The notes under the pieces: model-generated
What the model was told of the DNA's origin: nothing
Database searches by the model: none
The model's input: only the letters and a program-made list of their open reading frames with translations
DNA from: an uncultured virus (IMG/VR IMGVR_UViG_3300010355_001052)
Taxonomy: Duplodnaviria; Heunggongvirae; Uroviricota; Caudoviricetes
Strand: one strand, 5' to 3'
Length of the DNA stretch: 62,392 nt
Virus record (IMG/VR): IMGVR_UViG_3300010355_001052
In this document: positions 1 through 11,000 of the stretch, piece after piece
Position numbering within the stretch: the stretch's first letter is position 1
Layout of the letters: each line of letters starts with the position of its first letter
Made by a program: the position numbers and the translations under genes

Positions 1-3000
1 TATCCTAAAGAGTTCCAATATGCTGCTTGCTGATCTCCTACAAAATTAGATTGTTCAATAGTATAAAGTATATTTTTGATTTCATTATTTATGAGTTCAA
101 TGTTAGTTCCTTGAGGCCATGTTTGTACAAAGGCATCAGCTTTTACTTTTACATTATTATCCCATCTTATTATACTTCCATCTACTTTATATTGACCAGT
201 TTGCTCATCTGCTTTAATTGTCAGATTACCTCCATTAGGAATATCATATTTAATACCACCACCATAACGTGCTATGAGATCAAGGTTTTTAGATTCTTGT
301 GATCTATTGTCTAGACTAATATCTTGGTTATCGTAGTAGATAGTGAATCCGTTTGTTAATTGATCTTTATAACCATAACCAACACCTGGTTGGTTTTCAG
401 TACCAACAATTTTATCTAAATATTCTTGATCAAAATATAATGTTCTTGCTCCAGTATTTGCATTCTTACCAGCAATTGGAGCCATTTCATAACTAAATAC
501 AGGTCTACCCGCTTGATCTGATTTATATCTTGTAGTAAGGTCTCTTGATATAGTATTAAAAAGGGCTAGATATCCTAGTTCATTTTCACCAAATTTGGCA
601 TCATCTAAATTATCTTCAGTAGGTTTACCAAATCCAAATTGTAATTGAGTAGCTTTTTCAGAGAATACTTTAAACTCCGAATTGATTTGTTGCATAATTG
701 GAGATCCCCATTTAGCAGCATCTACCACAGGAAATAATTGTACATTAGCATGAATTTCACTACCACCTTTAAGCCCAAATCCTTGATCAACCATTGACCC
801 TTTAGAGTTAAAAGTTTCATAGAATTTTTCAGTAATTAACTCATAGGCATCTCTAGCATCAGCTAAGATATTTCTATGAGCATCAATATTTTGTTGTTTA
901 TTAGTTTTATATAAACTCAATTTATTAACTGAACTAGCTGTACTCTTACGTTCAACCATCCCAAATCTAGTTGGTATTGATTCAACTTTTTCTCCTATAC
1001 CTAATGGAGTTCCTGTTTCAGGATCAAATGATTCATTATAATATTTTTCATTCTTGTGTTTATTTATAAAGTTGTTTATAAAACTTTCTTCTCCTACAAG
1101 AAATCCATTATTTAAGATTAGATCCGCATCTTTATAATAATCTGGTCTTTTTCCAATATCACCTTTATTTACAAAAGAACTTTGACCTTGGATAGAACTT
1201 ATAATCTGATTATTATTATCAACTACAAATTTTACAGTAGCATCAGTTGCTTGTTTTTGAATATCAATGTTTTGTATTCTTTGAGTGTTTTCTCTGATAA
1301 ATCCTTGGGCCCAACTATTATCACATGTACTACATGGTGTTAAAAGTTCAGTAGTTGTTGCTGTATAAAGTTTATCTAAAAGAGATGGATCTTTAGCAAT
1401 TTCATTTGCTATTTGTTCAACACTAACATTTTTCTGACCGGGTTTACCAGCATTAGCTAAATTGTAAACTTTCTCTACAAATTGTTTAGCACCTGGACTA
1501 GTTCCTTTGGTATTATTAACTGCACGTAATGCATCTTTAAGAAATGCAACTTGATCTTGAGCTTTAAGTGAAAGTAACTCTCTAGCTTTTGCTTGATTTA
1601 ATTCAAATGGTGTACTAATATCTTCTCCTGTAAGAGTGGCAGTAGCATATAATTCATCTGTTTTAAGAATAGGTTCAGCACCTAAACTCATATTAGCAGG
1701 TCCTGCTTCTTTTAAATCAGAGATACCATCTAAGAATCCGTTTTCTAGATTATAATCAAATTGAGCTTTATCTATAGAAAGATCATGTTCAAACTGTAAT
1801 CTTTCTAAATCATTTACTCTATTAATCTCAGCCATTGTCATGGAATTTCTTAATGACAATGATGATTGATGACTAGCAAATGCATATGGATTTTCTTTCA
1901 TAGTCATCTCAGCTCCTTTTAAAGAAAGGACTTGAGCTGCATTAGTAAAATCATATTGTGATAACATATAAGCTGCTGCAGCATCTGCTCTAGATCTTAG
2001 AACATTAATATCATCTCCAGCTGCTGTATTGTTTACAGTATTTTTTGTAGTCTTAATATTATTCTGACTTTCAGAAATAGCAGGTAATGTTTGCTCTAAT
2101 TCAAATAGAGCATCTCTTTCTGCATAAGTAAGACCAGTAGTTTTTTGTTTCTCTAAAAGCTCAGCTCTTCTGGCATTCATTTGATCAGAAGCATTATTTA
2201 TCTGAACTTCTTCTTTCTCAATAGATGCAGTAGCATTTCCTAATAGGTTATTTATATATTCTCTTTCTGCATTTTCAGCTGATCCAAATTCTTCAGCATA
2301 CATCTGAGAAAAATCTTTACGCTTAACATAAGCAGAAGTACTATACATGTCTTTAATTTTAGGATCATTTCCTAATGCATTATTAAATAACGCGTAAAGA
2401 CCTCCTTGAATTAATTCACCATTCTTTTTGGTAATAATCCATTTACCGGTATCAATATCTTGAGTAACATTTAGATCTGCTTCCTTTGCTATTTTAATAG
2501 CTTTTTCATGTACATTAATAAAAGGAGTGAATTCTTTATTACTCATTCCTAATGTTTGTTCTCTAGATGCAGTCTTAAATTCTTCAGCACCATATTGTAG
2601 TGCACGCATACCTTCTTCCCAATACTGACCACCACACTGAGCTTCATCTAAACAATTCTTATAGCTGTCACCTATCTCTATTTGTCTTTGATAGTTCTTA
2701 GTATAGACCATATCTTTTACCATTTCTTTATTCTGGTAAAAGGAATCAAAGACTGTACTAGCTGCATCTACATTTTGTTGTAGGGATAAGTCCATCCCAG
2801 AAATCTTCTTGATGTCATTATCAATCATCTTGAAGAACTCATCTCTCTGAGCATTATTATCCTCACGCAACATAGGTGAATTTAATAATGTACCGTAAGT
2901 CTTACTTAATTGCTTATAGTTTTGATCATATTTAGATTGAGCATTTTGTAATACGTTACCCAGAAAATTATAATCCGGTGTCCAGGGTTGTGCCTGTGGA

Positions 3001-3035
3001 ATGTAATCTGTACTACCTTGAATATACGAAGCCAT
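1..3035 (-). CDS. Large virion cargo/ejection protein, >1000 aa, runs off the window edge and is missing from the ORF track
   Basis: ATG at 3035 reads MASYIQGSTDYIPQAQPWTPDYNFLGNVLQ..., and the same frame is still open at position 1 (...IEQSNFVGDQQAAYWNSLG). Only the ends were translated by hand. It lies downstream of the muzzle gene, as cargo genes do in crAss-like phages. Confidence 0.75.
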   Translation of the reverse strand, partial: MASYIQGSTDYIPQAQPWTPDYNFLGNVLQNAQSKYDQNYKQLSKTYGTLLNSPMLREDNNAQRDEFFKMIDNDIKKISGMDLSLQQNVDAASTVFDSFYQNKEMVKDMVYTKNYQRQIEIGDSYKNCLDEAQCGGQYWEEGMRALQYGAEEFKTASREQTLGMSNKEFTPFINVHEKAIKIAKEADLNVTQDIDTGKWIITKKNGELIQGGLYALFNNALGNDPKIKDMYSTSAYVKRKDFSQMYAEEFGSAENAEREYINNLLGNATASIEKEEVQINNASDQMNARRAELLEKQKTTGLTYAERDALFELEQTLPAISESQNNIKTTKNTVNNTAAGDDINVLRSRADAAAAYMLSQYDFTNAAQVLSLKGAEMTMKENPYAFASHQSSLSLRNSMTMAEINRVNDLERLQFEHDLSIDKAQFDYNLENGFLDGISDLKEAGPANMSLGAEPILKTDELYATATLTGEDISTPFELNQAKARELLSLKAQDQVAFLKDALRAVNNTKGTSPGAKQFVEKVYNLANAGKPGQKNVSVEQIANEIAKDPSLLDKLYTATTTELLTPCSTCDNSWAQGFIRENTQRIQNIDIQKQATDATVKFVVDNNNQIISSIQGQSSFVNKGDIGKRPDYYKDADLILNNGFLVGEESFINNFINKHKNEKYYNESFDPETGTPLGIGEKVESIPTRFGMVERKSTASSVNKLSLYKTNKQQNIDAHRNILADARDAYELITEKFYETFNSKGSMVDQGFGLKGGSEIHANVQLFPVVDAAKWGSPIMQQINSEFKVFSEKATQLQFGFGKPTEDNLDDAKFGENELGYLALFNTISRDLTTRYKSDQAGRPVFSYEMAPIAGKNANTGARTLYFDQEYLDKIVGTENQPGVGYGYKDQLTNGFTIYYDNQDISLDNRSQESKNLDLIARYGGGIKYDIPNGGNLTIKADEQTGQYKVDGSIIRWDNNVKVKADAFVQTWPQGTNIELINNEIKNILYTIEQSNFVGDQQAAYWNSLG

Positions 3036-3096
3036 GCTATAAGTTTATTATGTAAATGTAAAAAAGTTAGATATAATAACAATACACCTTATAAGT

Positions 3097-5514
3097 TTAT
3101 TGGGCACCATATCCAGGATATCCTACTTGTGGAACATCTTCTTGTGATTGTTGCCAAGGATCTGCAGGCATAGACATACCTAGCTGTTTCATAGCAATGT
3201 CTGCAACTTTTGCTGGGTAACCTTTTAATGAAGGATTCTCTTCCATTATCTGATTATACACATCACTGAAAGTTGGAGCTTCACTAGAATCTGGTTTAAG
3301 AGCTCTAGGATCATGGAAATAATACTCACCACCAACAGAAGGATCAACTGCATATTGAGGGAACATTTTATTCATGTTGGCTGTATAATTTTTATTAGTT
3401 ACAGCACTAACATATTGATTAACTAAAGCATCTCTAGCTTGAGATTTACTATTATCAAAGTTCTGATTAACAGTTTGATACTTATCCCAAAGAGTAGTAG
3501 CAAGCTGAGCTTTTTGTTGAGAAGCTTGATTTAAGATATTTGCGTTCTGAGCAGCTTGTTGATTAGATACAGTAACATTTTGATTATTATATCTGCTTAA
3601 TACATCTGCAGCATTCTTTAAAGCTTGACCTTGGATCTGAGCATTACGCGCATTAAAGGATTGAGGTCCAGTAAACTGAGCTAATGTTTGTGCAGCAATA
3701 TTAGATTGTTCAGCGTTAGCAGCTAATTCTCTGGTAGGATCATAGAATGTAACTTCTGGAGTTACAACACCTGGAGTAGCTTGCCATGGGTTATATTTTT
3801 TAATACGAGCTAAGTTACCGGCAGCATGTGCAGTCTTAACTATATCTTGTAACCACCATGGTGAACCAAGATCTGCTGGTTTTTGATCAGGAAGATGTTC
3901 AGCTTTAGTTGGTGTATCTAAAACTTCTTCAGGAGATACAACTACTTCTTCACCTTCTACTATATCATTTACACCGGCTATTTGACCAGCTGTAGTATTG
4001 GTATAATAAGTATCAATTTTTGAGATCTTCTTATCTTGAGCTACACCGGTTTCATCATTAACACCAGTTTGACTAATTACAAATGGTTCAAGAACTGGGA
4101 TTAAACTCTCATCAGTAATCTTACCATTTCTAAAATCATTGATCATATCTCTATAACCAATATATGATGCTTGTTGGAAACCTTTAGTTCTAGCATCTGT
4201 AGGACTTCCTACTCCAGTAGCCACAAATACTTCATCAAGACTCTTATATGGTGAATCTTTACAAGGTGCTGTATTTAATAGTTTACCAGTAGTATTATGA
4301 TAACAGTCATATGAAACACCAGCTTCTTGTAATAAGTTATTAGTTCTAATGTTACGCGTTTGCATCTCAACAAACTGATTAGACAATTCAGCAGGAGTCA
4401 TCTTCTTTAACTCAGCTACAGTGAATCCCATGTTTCTACCTTTGTTACTAGGATTTTCAGCTGCAGCTAAAGTTTTATCATAAAGAAGTTGTTGTACTGC
4501 AGGATTAGAAAAATTAGTAGAGATCAAATTAATATGATCTTCCGGAGACATTTTCTTAGGGGTTGTAGTCTTAGTTGTTGTAGTTGTTGTAGTTCCAGTA
4601 TTCTGAGTTGTTCCTTGACCTTCTGGATATGTTGGTTCCAGTGGTCTTCTTGTAACAGTTTGTTGTTGTTGTGGTGGATTAAGAATACCAATCTTTTTAC
4701 CAAATGTATTTAATACTTCATACTGACCAGTCTGAGCATTGAAAACTACTCTATCAGATTTCTTAGGTTGAACAATTACATTGTCTCCACCGGTTTGGTA
4801 TTTTTTAGCAGCACCACCATATTTCATATTGTCTCCTGCAGGTTGAGCTGGTTGTCCTGCTTGTGGATTCATCTGTATAAAGTCAGCTGGGTTAACTTGC
4901 ATAGACTCAATATAAGGCATAGCTACTACTGGCATTCCAGTAGGAAATCCTTTCATTGACTCTTGTAATAATGCAAGCTTAGCTAACTTCATATTGTTAT
5001 TAGCTATCATACCTTCAGCTGTTTTACGCTGAAGATCATCAGTGTCCGGATCAGCAAGTATTTTTTTATACTCATTTACATCATACTTTTTAGATATGTC
5101 TGCAGGAGTATAGGATCCTTTTTGATTAATACCAAATTGAGCAAGAATCTTTTGATCCTTAATCTTCATGTTTTTAGTGTCGCTGTAGATAAAGGAATCT
5201 TCAGGTAGGTTTAATGGTGTACCTCCTTCACTATGTCTTTTACCACCAATCTTAAAAGTACTAGGTACTCCACCGGCACCAGGTACAGTAGCAGTTTCTC
5301 CTTTTTCAGCTTCTAGATTAGCTTGATTTCTAGGAACAGGTTTTAAAGTAGAGTTCAATTCTACATCTGGTTCAGACATTTGTCCTACCATACCTGGCCA
5401 TGGCATTTGATTATAATTCAAACCTTGTCCAGCTTTTAAACCTTTCAGTTGCATCTTCACATTAAGCCCTGACTGAGCTTGAGGAAGTTTATCTATTCTT
5501 ACTCTTCTTTTCAT
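3097..5514 (-). CDS. Virion cargo/ejection protein
   Basis: 805 aa, Q/N/A-rich, with an N-terminal EAEKGE...GKRHSEGG domain typical of crAss-like internal proteins; synteny supports the call. Confidence 0.6.
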   Translation of the reverse strand: MKRRVRIDKLPQAQSGLNVKMQLKGLKAGQGLNYNQMPWPGMVGQMSEPDVELNSTLKPVPRNQANLEAEKGETATVPGAGGVPSTFKIGGKRHSEGGTPLNLPEDSFIYSDTKNMKIKDQKILAQFGINQKGSYTPADISKKYDVNEYKKILADPDTDDLQRKTAEGMIANNNMKLAKLALLQESMKGFPTGMPVVAMPYIESMQVNPADFIQMNPQAGQPAQPAGDNMKYGGAAKKYQTGGDNVIVQPKKSDRVVFNAQTGQYEVLNTFGKKIGILNPPQQQQTVTRRPLEPTYPEGQGTTQNTGTTTTTTTKTTTPKKMSPEDHINLISTNFSNPAVQQLLYDKTLAAAENPSNKGRNMGFTVAELKKMTPAELSNQFVEMQTRNIRTNNLLQEAGVSYDCYHNTTGKLLNTAPCKDSPYKSLDEVFVATGVGSPTDARTKGFQQASYIGYRDMINDFRNGKITDESLIPVLEPFVISQTGVNDETGVAQDKKISKIDTYYTNTTAGQIAGVNDIVEGEEVVVSPEEVLDTPTKAEHLPDQKPADLGSPWWLQDIVKTAHAAGNLARIKKYNPWQATPGVVTPEVTFYDPTRELAANAEQSNIAAQTLAQFTGPQSFNARNAQIQGQALKNAADVLSRYNNQNVTVSNQQAAQNANILNQASQQKAQLATTLWDKYQTVNQNFDNSKSQARDALVNQYVSAVTNKNYTANMNKMFPQYAVDPSVGGEYYFHDPRALKPDSSEAPTFSDVYNQIMEENPSLKGYPAKVADIAMKQLGMSMPADPWQQSQEDVPQVGYPGYGAQ

Positions 5515-5519
5515 GTTGA

Positions 5520-8015
5520 TTATAGATAAGTGATACTACCACCATTTTTCATTATGAAATCAATTTCCTCTGGACCTAGTTCATAAGAACCACCTTCTTG
5601 GTACATACCCATTCCTGGTTTTTGAATCACATCCATTGAATTAGGATCCATCATACCATTACTCATACCAGTCCAATTGTATCTTCCTTGGTTCTGGATT
5701 CTATTAGCCGGCATAGCCATGAATGTATTATCAGCAAGAGTTAATCTTTGCATCTCTGCTTCTGTTTTTTGTTGCTCTCTATTATTTAATAAAGAAGTAG
5801 CACCGGCAGTTCCTGCTAGTAACCAATTTGCAGAAGCTTCACCATCAAATCCTGGTCTATATTTTCCAACAAAAGTAGTATCATAATAGTTAGGATTAGC
5901 TCCTCCATCTTGATTCTGAACTAAGTCAAAATCAACTTCTTCTTCTGGCATTCTTTTTAAATAAGGACTCTGATCAGCTCTTGGAACATATACATCACTT
6001 CTACGTTCTTGCATATTCTGTTTAAAATTTGCAAATCTATTTTGTAAAGAAGTTCCTTTTCTAGTTTTATCTCTTCTTTGTCTTTCTTCTGGAGTAAGGT
6101 AGTTAGAGTTATCTTGAGTAAAAGGAGGTGTATTAAATGGACCAGATTGAGTTGGAGTAGATCCTTGTGGCATACCTTCTTCTACTGGAACTTGAGTAGT
6201 TTGTCCAGTAACTGGATCAGTGTAAGTTCTAAATGTCATAGATACTTTACGCGGACCTTGACCAAACATTCTACCACGGTACTCATAGTTTTGTAAATAT
6301 GTATTATTTGGGTTATAACCAAACGCCGGCATAGGGTATCCTTTGGTTTTCCACTTCATATGTGGATCCATATTCATAGGAAAATATTGCATTCCTTGAC
6401 CCATACCTTGATCATACCCTTGAGTAGACCATTGTTGTTGTGCATTAGGATCATTATAAGATGGAGTTGAAGATCCAGTAGGAGTAGCAGAACTAGTAGT
6501 TGTTGTAGTTGTAGATGAAGCTTTCTGATTATTAGCAGCAGGTACAGTACTTGTACCGGTACCATTTCCAGTATTCTGTGGAGTACTTCCATTATTAGAA
6601 CCAGATGGAGATGAACCTTGTTTAGGTTCTCCCCAATTTTGAGATTCCCATTGAGCTTGAGCATCTCTATATTTTTGTAGTTGTAATTGGTTTTGTTTTT
6701 CTCTCTCTGCTATTTCAGCCTCTTTATTTTTATACCATTCTTCTTCATCTCTATCATAAACTGATTTCCTTTCTTGCCATTCTGCTTGTCTTCTGTTAGC
6801 TTCAGAAATTTTTTGTCTTTCAGCTTCTTCGCGGCGCATTATCATATTTTCTCTAGCTGGCATAGAACCACCACCTTGAGCTTGAATCATTTTACCTTTC
6901 ATAAAAGGATCAGCTGACATACCTAAGTTCATAGATGCATCATAAAAGTTTTGACCAGCTTCTTGAGCCTGATTACTTAAGTAATTAGATTTATTAGCAA
7001 ACATTCTTTGGTTCATCATATTTGGATTATAACCATAATCCACCATATTCATACCACCACCATATTGAGCAAACATCATTTCTTGAGCAGCACTTACATC
7101 ATCTGCAGCTTCATCAGCAATACTCATCATTGTGTTATTTTTAATCTTATTCATGAATGTTTTAGAATAATTAGCTAAGTAATCATCTTCATCCATCCCT
7201 TCAGAATCAGCATCTCCACCAAATTGTTTCTTAGCCATATTACGGAAAGTAACTGCTAAGTTATATTGACGAGACCCTTTAGGACAACCTGGTCCACCAA
7301 AATTAGCTCCGGAACATTTACCTTCTGTACCTCTACGTTTAATAGAGTCAGTTACTCCTTGGATCCAATTTCCACCTTCTGCCATATTAGCACCACCACA
7401 TTCATAACATGGTTCACCACCAACCATCATTTGAGGAGGTGTCCATGGTGCACCAGCAAAGAAATAGTTAGCAGGAACTTGCTGTGGAAAAGCTTCCGGT
7501 AAATTTGAGCCACCATTTTTATAAAAACCTACAGGTCCTTGAGGAACAAATCCTCTTTCAAAAAACTGTTGTGCAGTTGGTTGTTGAGGAAATGCTTCAG
7601 GAATTCCTCCGTTTTTTTTCTTTTTCATATCAGGTTTATAAAAATGTTTACCTCTAGGGCCAAAAAACATCTCATTTCTTTTCATGAGAAACTCATTAAT
7701 ACTTGTTTTAATGTTCTTATCTGTGTAACGCGGCTTACCTTTTACTAATCCACCTTTTGCTAGTTGAGGATATTCAGTAACTGAATTACCCGGGAATTGA
7801 TATTCACCTCCTGGATACATCATTTGCTCATTACCTTGATCATCAATACCCAATACTGGATATGGAACTCCTTGCATAGTAATATCACCACCCGGTATAC
7901 GCGTTACCTGGCCAGGATATTTCCATTGACCCATAGGATCATAAATAACATCCTTGGGTTTAGAAGTTTTTTTAGCTAGTGGACTAGCTTTAAGTTCTCT
8001 TTTATTGAAACTCAT
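5520..8015 (-). CDS. Low-complexity virion cargo protein with many xxxGG motifs
   Basis: 831 aa, N-terminal GQWKYPG..ITMQGVPYPVLG..MMYPGGEYQFPG domain, M/Q/G-rich, immediately downstream of the muzzle gene. Confidence 0.55.
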   Translation of the reverse strand: MSFNKRELKASPLAKKTSKPKDVIYDPMGQWKYPGQVTRIPGGDITMQGVPYPVLGIDDQGNEQMMYPGGEYQFPGNSVTEYPQLAKGGLVKGKPRYTDKNIKTSINEFLMKRNEMFFGPRGKHFYKPDMKKKKNGGIPEAFPQQPTAQQFFERGFVPQGPVGFYKNGGSNLPEAFPQQVPANYFFAGAPWTPPQMMVGGEPCYECGGANMAEGGNWIQGVTDSIKRRGTEGKCSGANFGGPGCPKGSRQYNLAVTFRNMAKKQFGGDADSEGMDEDDYLANYSKTFMNKIKNNTMMSIADEAADDVSAAQEMMFAQYGGGMNMVDYGYNPNMMNQRMFANKSNYLSNQAQEAGQNFYDASMNLGMSADPFMKGKMIQAQGGGSMPARENMIMRREEAERQKISEANRRQAEWQERKSVYDRDEEEWYKNKEAEIAEREKQNQLQLQKYRDAQAQWESQNWGEPKQGSSPSGSNNGSTPQNTGNGTGTSTVPAANNQKASSTTTTTTSSATPTGSSTPSYNDPNAQQQWSTQGYDQGMGQGMQYFPMNMDPHMKWKTKGYPMPAFGYNPNNTYLQNYEYRGRMFGQGPRKVSMTFRTYTDPVTGQTTQVPVEEGMPQGSTPTQSGPFNTPPFTQDNSNYLTPEERQRRDKTRKGTSLQNRFANFKQNMQERRSDVYVPRADQSPYLKRMPEEEVDFDLVQNQDGGANPNYYDTTFVGKYRPGFDGEASANWLLAGTAGATSLLNNREQQKTEAEMQRLTLADNTFMAMPANRIQNQGRYNWTGMSNGMMDPNSMDVIQKPGMGMYQEGGSYELGPEEIDFIMKNGGSITYL

Positions 8016-11000
8016 TATCTAGGTGAATATAAGTTTTTATTGTTTGTAAGCATTACTAAAATCTTTCTATCCCCTGATACTCTACGTCTTAAGAATACTG
8101 AATTTGTATAATGTCTGAATTTCTTTCTTTGAAACTCTTCCTTATTATAATTCAAGTTGAAAGGATTTAATACGCGAATATAACCATTTGCGCCGGTATT
8201 CCAAATAACTCTTTGAGCAGCAGGGTTAAATTCTCCTCTGTCATCTGTGATATCCCAGAACTGATCAAATCTGTATTTCTGTTCTACCTTAGAGAATAAG
8301 ATATCTATACTATTGAAATTAATAATAGGATAGGATATCATCTCCTGTGGATTGTTCTTAGGTTCTAAGTTAAGACGTAATAATCCGGATACTTGTTCTG
8401 TGTTGTAGACAACAGCTTCATCAAAGTTAAAGTCTAATACGTGGAACCGGTCAAAACAATTTGGAGCGTATTTATATACCTCCATAATGTATTCAATACT
8501 ACGTAGAGTATTAACTGTCTGAGCAGTGTTAACCATGTATTCTACTTCAAATGGATAGTTTAATCCATAGTAATTACAGTAACTATCACATCTTTGGTTA
8601 TGGATCCAGATACCATTATCAAGAGTTGTCATGAAAGTATTCTTACCCGGGATCATTAAATTAGGGTGCCAGTCATGGAATGAAATCCAACTTTTACTTT
8701 TTGGATCATAACTTACTGTCCATGATGCATCCTCAAAATAATTAGGGTCTCCTAGTTTAATATCAAATTGGAATACTCCATCTATAAATACTTGGAAGTC
8801 ATCTGAAGTTACATATTGTACTGTTGTACCTGCTGGTAAATCTTGTCTTACTATAAAGTCACGCTTTGTAAAGTAGACCAAAGAATTCTCATTGTCATAG
8901 ATAGACTGACATCCTATTCCAATTACAGGATTATCTTTAAGAGTAAAGTTTGGAAACTGTTGAGTTAACTTATAAGGTAAGTAAGCCGCAAACCACCATT
9001 TAAGATCTCTCATAGAAATCTCATCTAATTGTCCCTGGTAATTGAAAATCTTACCTTGGTTTTGACTAATCCAAAATAACCCGGCCGGCGTATTAATTAC
9101 TGACAATCTATCTTGACAAGATGCATATTCATATGGTCTATCAACATTTACTATATTTTGTAAAGGTTGTGTAAATAATCCACCATCACCAATAGTTAAC
9201 TTAGTACCAAGATCTGTTTGAAGTTGATCTGTACCTTGGAACTGAACAGGGCTCTCATTTTCAAAGAAGATCATTGCACCACTTTTATTAATTGGTTTGA
9301 TGCAAGTTACTTTAGTTAAAAAGTCTTTATAATTATTTGCTAAGAAGATATACCAGTTATCTCTAGTGCCTTCAAATTGCGCCGGTAAAGAATAAAGAAC
9401 TCTATTAGGTTGATATATGTAACATGTTTCAGCCAGATTAGGATCATAATTATTTATTTGTGCTGAAGCCCATGAAACATAATTGATAAATAACTTACTT
9501 ACACTTAGTGACTGATCATACTTATAGTAGTTAGTTGCCTTAATAAACTTAGTATCGAAGAGAGCTTTAGTATCAGTATATCTATAAGGGTCGTAATGTT
9601 GTTCTGTTTCTAGTGCACCCCAATCTCTAAGATCAACATTGATCTCTGATTCTACATAGAAATCTTTTACACTAGAATTAAATAAATAGAAGTAAGCATT
9701 TCTAACAGATATTCTTAATTGAGAAAGAATTCCACATGTAAGACCATCTAGATTATAATAGTCATTTGGTAATATAACTCCTGCAAAACCTGTGGTAACT
9801 ATATTTGCAATAGAAGCAGTAAAGTCACCAGTCTCAAATTGGTCAAAGTTAGCCCAGAATCTTGGGTAAGGTAACATTTCATTTCTAGTATAATCAAACT
9901 GTGCACCATCTGGTTGACCATATAACCAGTTATAGAAGAAGAAGAAAGTACTCTTTTCTGTATAACGACCTACATAAGTATCTCCACCAAAGATAGTTTC
10001 AGAATTAACCGGGACTAATGTTGTTGGTGGACTTTGCAAGCATGTTGATGCAGGTACTTGCATTACACCATTAATCTGACCGTATTGATTACGTAATCTC
10101 TGTTTCAGAGATACATAATGAGAAGATGCTATTTGAATCCCAGAATGTCCTGCATAAAATAACCCAGCATTTCCTGGAGTTATAGTGTTGGTTACTGGTC
10201 CGGGCCCGATAACATATCCTGCAGCTTGACCAAAAGAAGCTTTAGTAGGGTCAACTAATTGATTTAAATTACCAAAAAGATCGGTTTCTAATAATGGGGT
10301 TACAACAGATGCTTGTATTCTAGTAACATCATTAACTTGAGTATTCTCAATAAATGTATGTGGGAATGCTGGATCCGGAAGTTTAAGCCCTATTGATACA
10401 TTGGTTGATCTATACAAGTTATTGATTCTTACATTTAATCCAAAATCTGTAATTTGTGGACCAATATATTCCTGAGTTTCAATAACTCTTCTCATGTTTC
10501 CTATTACAGGAGCTCTGTATCTATTATACAAACAATGAGAATGATATCTTAAAGCAAAGTCTCTATATCTTACTACTGCTTTAAAGAAATCTAATACAGT
10601 ATCTGTTCCTTGTGTAAAGTAATTAAAGAACATTGGTAGATTAGCAAGAGCAATTAATGGCCCCGGTATTCTATCATAAGCACCATCTTCTTGAATGTAT
10701 TCAGTTAATGTTGTAGAGTAAGCAGTGTTGGCTGAGGCTACGTTAAATGCTGTTTGTAAAGCTTGGTACGTTGGTGCTGTACCAATACCAATAGTATTTT
10801 GAAACAATAAAGCCGCTGGGCTTAATGCTAAATCAGCTGTATTTATAGCAGTTGTTAATCCAGTTAATGTTAAAGGTATAGTACCAATATCTGCTACTTG
10901 AGGTTGTTGACCTTGTGTTCCAGGAATTGGAACTGCAGGAGTAGGTATTAATGCACCTGGTGTAGTTCCAGCAGCTACCCAGAATGTCAGTGGATCCTGT

